Positions 12,712-26,526 of a DNA stretch of 64,000 nucleotides are shown piece after piece. The DNA comes from Rotaria socialis. Lineage: Eukaryota. Each line of letters starts with the position of its first letter. Position 1 is the first letter of the stretch. The notes beneath the pieces were generated by a model. It searched no databases. It worked only from the letters and a program-made list of their open reading frames with translations, and had not been told where the DNA came from. The stretch is taken from assembly GCA_905331295.1 (NCBI GenBank), contig CAJNYD010000449.1, forward strand, positions 310,001 to 374,000, written 5' to 3'. A program made the position numbers and the translations under genes.

Positions 12712-15700
12712 ATGCGTCAATACTGGCGTTTCATTTTAAAGTGGCTCATTCTCATAGGAACATTAACAATAGCATTTAAAGTATGTTGTGATAGTTTAGT
12801 TGACATTTTCTTATCAGTATCAAGTACTTCGTTAGTAAATATGGAAGATAGAAATGCAGATTCCAATTACGAAAAGTCTATTATTGCTTGGGCAACACAT
12901 GGTCAACGTTTAAACAACGAAAAATTATCAGTTGGAAGTGCGCAAGAACGAAATGATTTGCAATTGATAGGCATGCAAATCTTTTTCCGACATGGAGCTC
13001 GAACTCCAATCAATTTACTACCTAGCCTTGAAGAGGTATAATGAAAAAGAAAAAGAAAATGAGGAAAATTTGAATCTATCAATTTATACAATTAACAATG
13101 TTTTAGGTAGTTTACAGCAAAGAACAAATCGAAAGTTATCCGCCATCCAAATGGGATATAAAATTAATTACAAAGAAAAATGATGAAATTGAATCAAAAG
13201 ATAAAGTATTATCGGCTAGGGATGTTATTGCAGCTAGATTTCAAAAGTTAAAAGTAAAAGTGCATATACTTGAAAAATAAGTATGACTCTTCTTTTATTT
13301 TTTAAATTTTTTGTTCAGTCAACATCAACTGACACTGTAACAACAGGTCAATTGACATCTGTTGGAGAAAAACAATTATTTCAACTTGGAAGACGTTTAA
13401 GATCTGAAGTAATTGATGTTCGTAATAATAATGGACTTATACCGAAAACATACGACCCAAAATATGTCTAGTATGTTTTTTTGAATCATCTTGTTCAGTA
13501 TTACGGCAAAACTAATTCTTCCTCTTCAAAAAGACTCAAATATGATATCAAGATCATTTAGTAGAAGAGTTTTGAAAGATAGATTTCATAGAATTATTAT
13601 TTATTTTTTTTGTGAGCTCTTAAATTAAACTAACATTTTTCCTAATGGCTTGTACGAAATGGGAATCTCAGTACTATTGTAATTCTGCATATCAGCATAA
13701 AGATAAATTCGTTTTACGTTTCTTTTTGAAAACAATTGGAAGACAATTTTTTTTTAAGTACAATGGCAAATTTTTCATGGTTATACTAGATAAAATAAAA
13801 CTAGATAAAAATTAGAAATAAACAGATACATGATATATTATCCAGTAATTAAATTAAGGTAAAGACGCGAAAGATTTTACAGCTATTTGATTAGAATGAT
13901 ACTTGCGAAGATGGAAATCATTAGAGATGTATGTAATAATTTTAATTTTTTCTCTTCATTATATTTTAAGTTCATCTTTATGTTTCATGTGAATCATTCT
14001 ATGTAATTAATTAATTAAAACCTAAATTGAATAAACAAAAAATAAACATAAGTACAGTATAGAACATTCGAGTATACACGAAGATCTTTCATGAATACAA
14101 TGTTATCTTATTGAAAATTCATTTATTTCAGAAATGTTTCAACTAGAAAGATTACAATAAAAATTACAGGGAATTATTATTTGAAGAAAGACTATCGTTT
14201 GATAAAATGAATTAAATAGTCCTTAGATAAATAAAATGTTAGGAAAGATTCATTAATTCAAGTGTGATTTATGTAGTCTTTTCATTTTCACATGTTAGAC
14301 AATTGAGATAGAGCAATGCTGTAAACTGAAAAGTTCATAGAAAAGAAACAAGCAGAAAAAAAGGAAACCGCAGAACTCTTGAATAAAAATAAATAAAAAC
14401 CAAGAATAATAACAACGTTTATATCGACTACCGTATTTTTATAGTTGTCGATCGACATATATGGATCGAACCATAGCCAGTGCTCGATCATTCCTTGCTG
14501 GTCTTTTCTCATCCGAAGAATCAGATAATAAAATACAAGCTACTGGTAAGTGAGAATAATGAATGTACAGACTTGTTGCTAAAATTAATACTTGTGAAAA
14601 GGTCCATTTGAAATTGAAGTTCATCATTTTCCCGATGAAGATATGGTAAATATTCATGACCGTCAAATAATATGGATAGATTCCTATTTGTTTCTTTTCT
14701 ACTAGTTTCCTAATCCAAATATTGCTCCCATTCTAAGCAAATGTCATACTGTTAAATCTCTTTATACGTCGTTAACTGATGATCACGAATTAAAAAAAGC
14801 TCGACAAACTCTAATTAATCGTATTGGTATGAAAGTTTTAATTTTAATTTTAATTTCATATGAAATAATTTAATTTTCAGGCCTAACTGAATATCCACAT
14901 GGTATTATTGAATTGCACGATGATATTATTTCGAGACAAGTTAGTTTTTGTTTTCGTAGAAATGAAACCATTTTTTTCTTGCAACTCTTTTTATGAAATA
15001 GGCTCATAATTTTACTGTCCCAAACGATCTACTTAAATTAACACAAGATTTTGAAATACTGTCTGCGCGTGAATATGTTTACCGGGCGTAATTATTCTGA
15101 TAATACAAAGAAAACAAAAATAAACCTCTTCGAAAGATTTCTATTCTTTTAGTACAAATATTGGTTTTGATTTATTTATCCGTTCAAGTTGTGGATCAAT
15201 TCTTTATTTAATCAGAGAAAATTTTAATTTTATATTAAAAAATTATCTCGATGAAAAAACTAATGGTTCAAAAAAGTATAAATCAAAAGTTTTGTTTTAT
15301 TGAAGTAATTTCTTTTTACTGTAGGCAATATCAGAAATTTTTCATCTATTCGGGTCATGATAGTACAATAATTCCATTAGCACTCGCATTCGAAGTATAT
15401 ATATATATATATATCTTTACGAGTTTTATTAAGCAAATACTTTACTCATAGATTTTTGATATGCGTTGGCCAAGATATGGTGCATATATTGTTTTGAAAT
15501 ATTTTATTTCAAAAACAAATAAAAGTGAAACATATGTGACAGTTCATTTTGACGGCGAGGTAAATCAATAATGAATTATGTATAATTTGTTTTTAATGCG
15601 ACAATATTTTATACTTTTAGCCACAGATATTACCGGACTGTGAAGATCACTATTGTTCGTATTCAACATTTTTAAAAAGTCTTCAAAATCGTATTGATAA

Positions 15701-15725
15701 ACCTAAAAAAACATATCAAGCATAA
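12712..15725 (+). CDS. ACP6: Histidine acid phosphatase, lysophosphatidic acid phosphatase type 6-like
   Basis: N-terminal hydrophobic anchor, catalytic FRHGARTP, GQLTSVGEKQLFQLGRRLR, RSTYMDRTIASARSFLAGLF, YSGHDST and WPRYGA; multi-exon, stop TAA 15723-15725. Confidence 0.88.
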
Positions 15726-15945
15726 TCTTTTCTTTTTGTGCACTTTATAGAATCTTCTAAAATTTTAAAATGCTAACGAATCTTTTTGCATTTTTTTCTG
15801 TAACGAACTGCAATGTTATTTTGTTATTGAACACCGTCATTTTCGTGACGTTTCTATTCAATTTTATTTTAAATATAATAAGATATGTGCACTGAAGGTA
15901 AAGGAATATTTTTTTCAAGATTTGTTTTTCGAAAGAATCATATTT

Positions 15946-18038
15946 ATGGCTGATGCGATTGAAACAGAAACTAATTATGCAGGTTTTATTGCAGTACATG
16001 TCGGTAGGTTGAATGTAATACAAATATATGAAAGGTGAGAGTTTAGATTTTTATTTTTGTTAGGCGCTGGTTTACAATCTCAAGCGAGACTACCGCGATA
16101 TCGTGAGACGATAAAAAGAGCTTGTTTACAAGGAATACGAGCATTAAATAATGGGAAAAATGCATCCGAAGCAGCATGTATGGCTGTTGCTGTACTTGAA
16201 GTATTTTCTAGATTGATGTGCTTGTTGAATGATATATTTTGTATCTATCAGGATTGTCCATTAACCAATGCTGGTATTGGTTCGAATTTAACTTTAGACG
16301 GAAATGTTGAATGTGATGCATCTATTATGGATGAAGAAAGCTATGGAGCAATAGGAGCTGTTACAGGTAATTAAAGTTTCGATTTGACTTTTTTCTTTTC
16401 ATATAAGATTATATAAATAACTTTTGATTATAAGGTATAAAAAACCCAATAACATTAGCATGGGCTTTATTGCATACACAAAAACAAGGTCTTTTGGATG
16501 GTGGTCGAATACCTCCGTGGTAAATAAAAAACAAAAGTTTTATTGAATAAATTAAAGCATTTAATCAATCTAATCGAAAAAAACTTAGAAATCTATTGTT
16601 AAATCTAATATGATAGACGAATTTTTCTTTGTTAAGAAGAAAAGATAATAGCATTATTGTTGCTGTATAAATGAAATAAGTTCTAACGCATTGATCATCA
16701 TATGAATCAGATGATATTTTCTGAGCCTTTTCACACAACCTGTAAAATTGTTTCTTATAGAATATTGTTTTTCTTTGAAGCAACAGTTATATACATATAT
16801 CATATGTTAGAAATTTGATAGCATCCACATCATTCTACAACAAGCTAACACAAAGCATTGCCAAGTACGATTGAATGGCAGGTTCACTAAGATTGGTAAA
16901 TACCGTCTCAAACTCGCACGCCAGAAATTGAATAGAACTTGATGTCCTTGAATTAAGAATTATTTGGCGTTGAATATATCTTAGAAATATATAATAATAT
17001 ATTTATTTTTCTTAGTTTTCTTGTTGGCGATGGTGCCAAACAATGGGCACAACAAAATGATATTCCACTAGTTGATAATCAAGCAATGACGACAGGTTTT
17101 ATATTTCTATTCCAAATATGAATAAAAATAAGTTATCACTATTTGTTTTTCTTTAGAAAATAGTAAATTTACATACGAAAAATACAAAAGAAAATTAAAT
17201 GAAAACGCATCAGAAACAACGAAAAAGATTAAAACGGTATTAGGCAAAATTGATCTTACAGCCTTGTTCCTGTGCTTGTATTTTTTTTTCAGGAAAATTC
17301 AGATGATACTGAGCGATTAGACACAGTCGGCACTATTGTTATTGATCGACATGGAAATGTAGCAGCAGCTGCATCAAGTGGTGGAATACTTTTAAAACAC
17401 TCTGGTCGTGTAGGACATTCAGCAATGTAAGACAACACTAATTACAAATTAAAAAGAAAATTTTCTCTTATGCTAAGGTTTGGCTGTGGTTGTTGGGCCG
17501 AACGAAAAGATTCATGTTCGATTGCAGTTGCATCTTCAGGTTTTGATTCTATTCGAGTAGGATTGTTTTTATTATTTTTTTCCATTAGGCACTGGTGAAT
17601 TTCTTATGAAGAGTCTTTTTTCTAAATCGATTAGTGATGCATGTTCAAATGATGACTTAACGCCAGACACAATACGAGATCATATTAATCATATTTTTCT
17701 TAGTAACATATTTATTTTTAAGTGAAATAAATGAATGAACGTCTACAAATTTTTAGATCGTACAATGACTCCAACAAATGCTGAAAAATATTTTGGATTT
17801 ATTCTGTTAAAAATGATCACAAATGAAAATCAAAGTCGATCAGTAGAATTTCTGTGTGCCCATAATACTCAAACTATGTTTGTTGGTTATATGACTACAA
17901 AGCAAAGCAAAGTTACAGTAAATTATACAAAACATTCAATTCGTGTTTATTTCTCTCCTTCGTTGTTAGACTTGTTTGTCGGAATTGCAGTCCAATGGTT
18001 CACTAACAATTCATATTGATTCAGTTCGTTTAACATAA
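15946..18038 (+). CDS. TASP1: Threonine aspartase 1 (taspase-1, Ntn hydrolase)
   Basis: [50 protein letters not shown], autocleavage site [38 protein letters not shown] and [15 protein letters not shown]. Confidence 0.95.
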
Positions 18039-18324
18039 AATATTTATTTATTTTTCTTGTAAATCAATCTTTTTTTTTCTTAAATTTATTTCCTTCTCAT
18101 TTTCTTCTGATGTTCAACATTGACAAAATAAAAGATGTTAGTCATTCGAATGTTGGTAACAAAGAAGAAAAATAAAACTGATTGAAGAAAGAAAACGAAG
18201 GCCAATTGAAACAAAAAAGAACGATGATAACAATGATTCGATGAAAATTATGCTGCTTTTGTTCACTAAATTAAAAATTAAAAATTAAAAATTAAAAAAT
18301 AAGAACTATTCAAAATCAGAATTC

Positions 18325-18982
18325 TTAACGTACATATTTTTCTTCGCGAAGGCCATCTTTGAAATAGATGAAGACAGGTGTTAGACCATCTTCACGATAG
18401 AATTGAAGAACAACCATACCATCAATATTCATACTTTCACCAAGATAGAAACGATACTCGCCGAATTTACCGAGAATTTCTTTGGCTAATTTTGTCATAC
18501 CTGCTTGAAATGGTTGGACACGAGTAGGAGCATGTTCTTGGAGATAATCTTTAAGTCTACGAAAAACAAAAAAAAACAGAAATGAGATGAAAAACGCTGG
18601 AATAAAAATGTTTTGTTGTACTGTTTTGAGTATGTTTTTAACCAATCTTTGAAACTAGCTTTATCAAATGGTGTTTCAGATAATTTATGAGTTAAAATAA
18701 CATTAATGCCAGTTACTGCTGTTGTAGAAACACTACTATCTTCTTCAGCAGCGGCTTCACTTCCTTCTGGTGCTTTGTTACCACCAATTAATGATTCATC
18801 AATATCGTTACTTTCAACAATATTCTAAAAATTTGTAAATGAATAAATGCTTTCTATGCAAAAAAAAATAAGAATTTTCTTACTTTGCCTTCAACTTCAT
18901 AATAAACATCATCAATTACTTTCATTGGATATGAATCACTACATAGTTCATCACCAGTAAATACATCAATAAAGACTTTCAT
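18325..18982 (-). CDS. TPT1: Translationally controlled tumour protein (TCTP), 3 exons
   Basis: MKVFIDVFTGDELCSDSY...YEVEGK, IDESLIGGN, FYLGESMNIDGMVVLQFYREDGLTP..FKDGLREEK; introns 18825-18883 and 18557-18621. Confidence 0.95.
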
Positions 18983-19551
18983 GACTGCGATTGATTTAAA
19001 TAAATTAGATTGAGCAGCAGCAAGAATATATAAGACTATCTTAAAGGAATAAAAAAAGAAGTTTACATCATCGTGGGGCAAGATAAGAAATAAATGTTTC
19101 TTAGTAAATGCACAAAGGAGAATATCAAATGACTCATGAAAACATGGACTAATACATCTCATATAGGCAAGACAGAATTTGAGGGAGGCTTTAGAAATAT
19201 ATTTTGATTCGAAATTTTTTTTGTAGTCTATTAAATGAATTTTTCATCTAATTATGCAATAAAAATCAGTCTGCAGTTCACTTTTTAGTTCATTTAATTT
19301 AACGTAGGAGGATCGTTGAGAGGCTTTAATATTAAATTTGATTGGTTCACAGAAAAGAAATAAACAAATACTTTGTCATTTTTTTACGGGTGTGCATTAT
19401 TTGCTACCATAACACCAGCGTACGTCCAAAGAAAACGAACAGAAAAAAAATGGCAACTTGAAAATACACTAAAAATATTGCAAAATAATCATATTTATTT
19501 TAGAAGCTACCTATAGGTAGCGGAGTATAACTCAAAAATTAATCAGTAGAT

Positions 19552-22500
19552 ATGTCACCAGCACCTGATCTAAGTGATGAAACCATGATTTTGAGTCCAC
19601 CTCTTAATGCAGCGGTTCTTAATGTAATTTCTTCATCTGATGAACTTGATCATAATCCATCTAATGAAAAACCTATCGATCTTGGGTGAGTTTTGTTTTT
19701 CTCTTGTTCTTTTTTCTTATTCGAATATGGTACGATGTAATTAATAGTTCATTAACGATCGATTCAATGGAAAGTATTAATTTACATGATGATAATGAGC
19801 CCCCTATATTATCCAAAGAACCTATGGCTCCATTCACAATTTGTTCAGCACCGTCCACACCAACAGGTGAACGTGATCCACCAGTAATATTTCGACGATC
19901 ATCAGTAACAGGTACTACAAGCAATGAACCAACTGTAGTTGAAATTAAATATCAAGGTGTTACGAATAATGTTGGTATGAATAGTGTTGGCACGAATAGT
20001 GACGATAGCAACGGTTTCATTGATACATTTTTGGGTTGTTTAAAACCAATATTTTCTGCGGTAAATAAAATTGGTGAAAATATTAAATCTAGTAGAGATA
20101 CAGCAAATGCATCATTAAAACCAAATGATGGTTGGGAGATTCCAATTGATAGTATTATGAATGATTTAAAATTTATTGGTACTGGTATTGAAGGTAGAGT
20201 TTATCTTGGTAAACTCAACGGGCAAAACGTGGCATGTAAACAAGTCAAAACCGAGGCAGAAACCAATATAAAGCATTTAAGAAAATTAAATCATGTTAAT
20301 GTTATTAGATTTCGAGGTTTGTTTTATCAATATTTTTTCGTTCATATTTTCATTGTTTTACTTATTTTTTAAGGTGTTTCTGTATCAGCACCATTATTTT
20401 ATATTGTTATGGATTATTGCCCATACGGCTCATTATATGATGTATTAAAAAGACGTCGTGAAATCAATTCTTGTACAAAACCAACACAAGTTCTAGATTG
20501 GTCAAAACAAATTTCTAATGGAATTAATTATTTGCATGCAAATAAAATTGTTCATCGGGATTTAAAATCACCAAATATTCTTATTGCAGAAAATCATGTT
20601 CTAAAAATTTCCGATTTTGGTACAAGTAAACAGTTGGCCAAAAAACAAGGTCAGATTATGTCATTTAATGGGACAACAGCTTGGATGGCACCTGAAGTTA
20701 TTCGACAAGAGCTTTGTTCAGAAAAAATTGATGTTTGGTATGTAAAAATGTGCCGTAATTGTAAAATATATATTAAACAAGCGAGTTTCATCTTTAATTC
20801 ATATTATAGCAATTGAAAAGATTAGAGGTCAAATATATTGATTAAAGGGGGAGGGGAGGGGTGAAAGTGAAATCGAGATTAAAGATTGAGAAGCTACATT
20901 ATAAAAAGATTCATTTACTATTGTTTTGATCGGTTAAATATTGTAATATTATTTCAAATTAGCAAAAAATCTAATGAGCTAGAAGAAATTTGTTAATAAA
21001 TTACAAATTTTCTATGCTAATTATCTTATTCATTTGACATCAATTTTTTTTATTAAATACGATAACTATTGCTATAGATACAGAATTAAAAAAAGAAACT
21101 AACCTACAAAATATAAATTTAGAAAACTAATTAAATTGCGTATGATATGTAAAATACATATTATTATCGTTAAGAATTGAGACAGATTGTATGCGAAGTA
21201 ACCTATAGCTATTTAATTAATAATTTATTTATATGTTCTATATATATATATATTTCATTTAAAATTCATTAATTTTTTCATTGAATCATATTTTTGTTCT
21301 AGGTCGTTTGGTATTGTTCTTTGGGAGATTTTAACCTGTCAAGTACCATATCAAAATATAGATCCAAACGCAATTTTATGGGGTAATTTAATTTCGATTA
21401 ATAAACGTTTTAATAGCTTCGTTTTTATTATTGTTTAGGTGTTGGTAAAGGTAGTTTGACATTACCGATTCCATCATCGGCTCCTGAAGGTTTTAAATTG
21501 TTAATGACGATGTGTTGGAATCAACGGTCAGTAAGCCGGCCATCATTTCAACAGATAATCAAACACTTAAATATTAGTGAATCAGAAATAGTTTTATTTG
21601 AGCAAGAACAAGAGTATGTTGAATTAACACGCATATGGTCTGTTGAAATCCATGAACAGTTGGCACGCTTAGCAACTATTGATATATCATCAACACTGAA
21701 TATGAGTAATGATGAATTAATGAAAAAACGCAGAGAAGAATTACAACATATTGCTGATATACGTTCACATTATCAAGCAAAATTACAGGACGTTAATTCA
21801 CTTTACATTGAATTATCGTCATTGATGATGCAATTACAAAAACGCGAACAAGAAATTAAGAAAAAAGAACGATTACTTAATATTCAGCATCATTCGTCGT
21901 CAGGAAATACAAATGCAAAAAAACGAACAACTAATTCTCTATCAGAAGCTAGAAAAAGGTCTTTACAAATAATAAAAGCCGTGAGCTTTAATCCGAAAGA
22001 TCCGGTTTCGATATTACCTCAAAGATCACCAAAACAAGGAAATTTAGTTAAATCAAGTAATGCATGTAAGTCAATTTGTTTTTTTCCTCTTGAAATTGAT
22101 TCATTGTATCGTGCTTAAACTCATCACATACAATAGATCTTAAATCAGATTCATTATAAAAGGTTGTAATGTTTTTTAAATGATCTAAATTGAATAGAGA
22201 TGAAGTTTTTAGAAATAAAACTTCAATCGTAATATTAATATGCAGTTCTTTAGAATAATATTATGAATAATCATTAGTATTTTTTTTGTGTAATGGTAGA
22301 TTACTATTTTTCTTTATAAATCTCAAATGACCAACAGACATTATTTCATTAGAAAGAAAAACAAACGATGACGATCAATCGATCGATTCCCGTTTGATTT
22401 CACCAATAACGTATACTCTATATTTCTCATGTTTCATTGGAAATCATAATAGTTATTTTATTTTTTTAAATAATATTCTCATAGGATTTCAGACAGGATT

Positions 22501-23968
22501 TATTTTGAGTATATTTTCTCGTTTTTCATTGAATAATTAAGTAATATCATTTACTTATGTAAAAAAATAGTACATTTTGGCATCATCATAGTACTGAAAA
22601 ACATTCACAAAAATTTATTGCATAGTGCTTAGGCAATTACAATCTCATGCAAGACATGACATTTGTTTTTCTTTCCTTCTATTACATGTTTCTTTCTTTT
22701 TATTGCGTGATATAGTGTCGAATAATCAGCCATCCATTGGTTCATTCAATAATGTTTTAAATCGTCCAAATAATATTCAAACATCGCCACCAGTCATTCC
22801 CACAGCAATAAATACTCCAGATACGTCAAGTACTAAAAATCCACAACGACGTAAAAAAGGTCCTGGTCATCGTCGTAATAATAGTAAAGGAAGTGTAACA
22901 TCATGGACGCCACCAACACTTTCTGCTATTGCAGATCAAGAAATGAAACGTGCTTCTATACATCTAATACCAAGCATGATCGAAAAAACTATTCCCGAAA
23001 TTCAATCATTCAATGCATCAACCGAAAGGAATTCCATGACCTCGGTTAAACCGACAGTATCATCGATTTCGGCTGATATTGATTCGAAGCCAAATACGAT
23101 GAGTCGACAGTTAAATCCAAAAAATCTTAAACTTGATCTTGAAACGTCAGCAAATTTACAAATGACACCAACAAATCAACAACGACCATCAACTACATTT
23201 ACTTATATTCAACGTAAATCATCCAGTAGTGATCCCGAAGATTTTTATGAAAATGACCATCATAATATTGCTCGACAGCGTCGACGACGTAATTTGATTT
23301 TAAATAATAATAAAATATCTTCACCATCATCAATAACACAACGATCAATTAAATCAAATACAGCCGATCAACAAACACCACAAATAGATGAGTTAGAAAA
23401 TAATAAGCACTTAATTGAGAATAAAAATGATAATGACAAAATAAATGATCACCGTAAATATCCACGATCTGTTAGTTTTCAATTTTCACCATCAAATACA
23501 CATGATCGTAGTCCATCCTACCAACAACGAAAAACATTTAATAGAGTATGTTAAAATAATTTTAGTTTCATTTCTTTTGTATAAAACGCTTTTCATCACT
23601 TTTCTACTTTATAGCATATACCTTACAGTTCATCAGAAGAAGGCGAAGTTGAAGAAATTCCAAGTGATCATTATATACTCGATGATGAAAAACATCGAGC
23701 TAAACATGAAGATTTAAATCGAGAATCAAATGGTATATTTTCATCTGAAAGCGAAATCTATAATGAACACAATAAACATTCGGTATCATTAAAAAATGAA
23801 GGTAAAATAAAATAATCATTTGCTATTATTGTTCGAACGAACTAAATCAGCTATTTTTAATTAGGCACTTTCTCTGATGAAGGTGGTCATCTATCTGATG
23901 ATCGACCTGCATCACGTGAATCACTAGTAAACAGTGACCCAGAACATGAATGGCCTAATCATAAATAA
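19552..23968 (+). CDS. MAP3K13: Dual leucine zipper kinase (DLK/LZK, MAP3K12/13 family)
   Basis: GFIDTFLGCLKP, WEIP, ETNIKHLRKLNHVN, HRDLKSPN, KISDFGTSK, MSFNGTTAWMAPEVIRQELCSEKIDVWSFG, LPIPSSAPEGFKLLM, zipper KKRREELQHIADIR and SSEEGEVEE; stop TAA 23966-23968. Confidence 0.94.
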
Positions 23969-24718
23969 TTTAAGCAATTTGAAATTCGTCCTATCAAATA
24001 ATAATAACAGTGACTTGTTCTTGCGTTTCTTCGTCCTTTCTTTCTATCTTTTAATCAAAATTATAACGTCCATTAAGTTTTTTGCTTTTTTTTCTGTGCT
24101 ACAAGGTTTTTTTTGTGTGCTTTCTTCTCTTTTGATCGTTTTGTCTACGTTTATTTTACTTTCATTCAAGAGCAACGCGCCTTTTATGATTTATTGTATA
24201 TCATATTTATAGTTCTAAGTTCCATCAACCTTTGCCTAAGGCACATATTTCATCCAACATCTATTTTTGAACTTCATTCTTTTATATGTTTTATAAATGT
24301 CTCTTCTTGTATATTTCCTATAGAAATTAGAATCTTATCAGTTTTTGTCTGTCTGTCTGCCTGTCTGTCTGTCTGTCTGTTTCGTGTGTTTATATTATAC
24401 GTCAAGTACACACATGCTCTTGTTGAGAGAAGACTAATCGTTGGAGAAGGAACTCTGTTGGTATATGTATATGCATATTTATATACATGCATTTTATCTT
24501 GTGTGAGTATGGAAACACATTTTCAGTTTGTTTTTGCTTTTATGGCTTGTTTTAAGGACGCTCCTGTTCTATCTCTCATTACATATAAAAATGTTGTGTT
24601 TTGTGGATCTAAACAAGATAATCTATTTCATATAGCGTGAAGAGAAAAAAATGTCCGGTCATTATTTTTGTTTGTCTTCTAGATTGAAAACGAAAAACAA
24701 CAATATCTATAAGAAACA

Positions 24719-26526
24719 ATGACAGATACTGTAGTACCAACAACTAGTGACAAAACTGTTTCATCAACTGAAACAGTTGCTAATGCTGATTCAGTTACAA
24801 CAGTGACAAAATCTAAAACAGTATGTAAAAAAAACTAGCTTGAACTTTTTCTCATTTATAATTATATTTTTTACTTTCAGATTCATCCTGATCATTCTGT
24901 TACTGTAACTACAACAGTCGATAAAACTGAACAGTAAGTATTTTAGATTAAAAAGATTAATTTTTCGATTGTTGAATTTCCTGGGAATAAGTTTGTTTTT
25001 GAATACAGACCATATAGGTTGTTTTTTTCTTACCTTAATTTATCTTAGAAAAAATGGTGATCATATTGTAACAAGTGTAACTCAAACAACATCATCATCA
25101 TTAGATCCCAATGTTGATAAAAAGATCATTCGTCAAATCGAATATTATCTTAGTGATGTTAATATGGTTCGAGATAAATTTCTCAAAAATGAAATCACCA
25201 AAGATGAAGGCTGGATTCCATTATCTGTTTTAACAACATTTAAACGTCTTCAATCATTGACAACTGATTTTAACACAATAATAAGTGCGTTAAAAAAATC
25301 TGTTTCGGGTCTTATACAAATAGATGAAATACAAAATAAAATCCGTCGTCATCCAGAACGTCCATTACCATCTAGTCAAGCTGAACTAGAATTATCATTA
25401 CGTAATCGTACTGTTTTTGTGAAAGGGTTTCCTAAAACAACTGATATTAACATCGACAAATTACTTCATTTCTTTGAAAAGTAATGTTTATTTTATTTTC
25501 CTAAATGATCATTAATACTTTTTTTCTTTTACTAAAATTCATAAATAGATTTGGTTCAATAGAAAGTGTTCAGATGAAAAAGCAATTTAAATCAAAAGAC
25601 TTCAATGGTGCTGCATTTGTTGTTTTTCCAACTGATGACAATGCTCGAGAGTTCATTCAGAAATCTAAAGAAACACCAATTGTCTATGATGATGGATCTG
25701 CATTAGAATGTTCATTACAAGATGATTTCTATAAGAAAAAAGCATTAGATTCAGCAAATGGTGGAAGATCAGCAGATGATGATGATGCAAAAGAAAAACG
25801 AGCTAATGACAAACAGGGACGAAAAGAAAAACGAAAGGAAGAATTAGACAAAAAGACAAACGAACACTTAGAAAAATTAAATAATGAAAATTTAACCGGT
25901 GCTGTTATTCATCTTGCTGGCATGACGCCAAATGTGACAAGAGAATTAATTAAAGAAAAATTCAATCCATTCACAAAAATGCCCTGGATTGATTTCAATA
26001 AAGGTGATGCTGAGGTAAATTAGTAATTGAAGATTTAAACAGACGAAAACAAAATGGATTTTTATTGGTTCTATTTAGGCATGGGTACGATTAAATGAAG
26101 CTGATACAGCCAAAACTGTCCTTGAAAAAGTTTTAGCAGCTGGACAAGGCAAACTTGTGATTGATGGCAAGGAAGTTATAAGTCGGTTGGTTGAAGGTGA
26201 AGAAGAAGTTGAATTTTGGAAAGAAGCTAACGAAAAACGTGCAGCGGAAAGAATAAAGAAAAGTGAACGATTTGGTGGTGGAGGTAAACGAGGTGGACGA
26301 GGTGGACGGGGTGGACGAGGTGGCAAGCGAAATAATGATCGTCGCGGCGGACAGAAACGAAAACGTGACCAAGGTTGGTGTTTATCGATATTCTTAGAGA
26401 TGAATAATATGAACGTTTTTCTTTCTCTTCATTTTAGGACGCGGTGGTGATAGTGAATCAAATGACGAAGATGAATCAACTGAATCTAAATCACCCAAAA
26501 AAGTCAAGGGCGTAACAGCCGATTAA
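24719..26526 (+). CDS. SSB: La protein (lupus La/SSB): La motif, RRM1, RRM2, RGG tail
   Basis: KIIRQIEYYLSDVNMVRDKFLK...DEGWIPLSVLTTFKRL (La motif), RTVFVKGFP and FNGAAFVVF (RRM1), TRELIKE..WIDFNKGDAEAWVRL and VEGEEEVEFW (RRM2), RGG repeats; stop TAA 26524-26526. Confidence 0.95.

Noticed and set aside
20846..20862. G-rich tract as a G-quadruplex
   Set aside because: Only three G runs; similar tracts at ~45930 and ~48543 look like transposon-end debris.
23934..24640. ORFs of 92 and 175 aa after DLK
   Set aside because: T-rich 3'UTR/intergenic sequence including a (TCTG)n repeat; Phe/Leu/Cys-biased translation with no domain.
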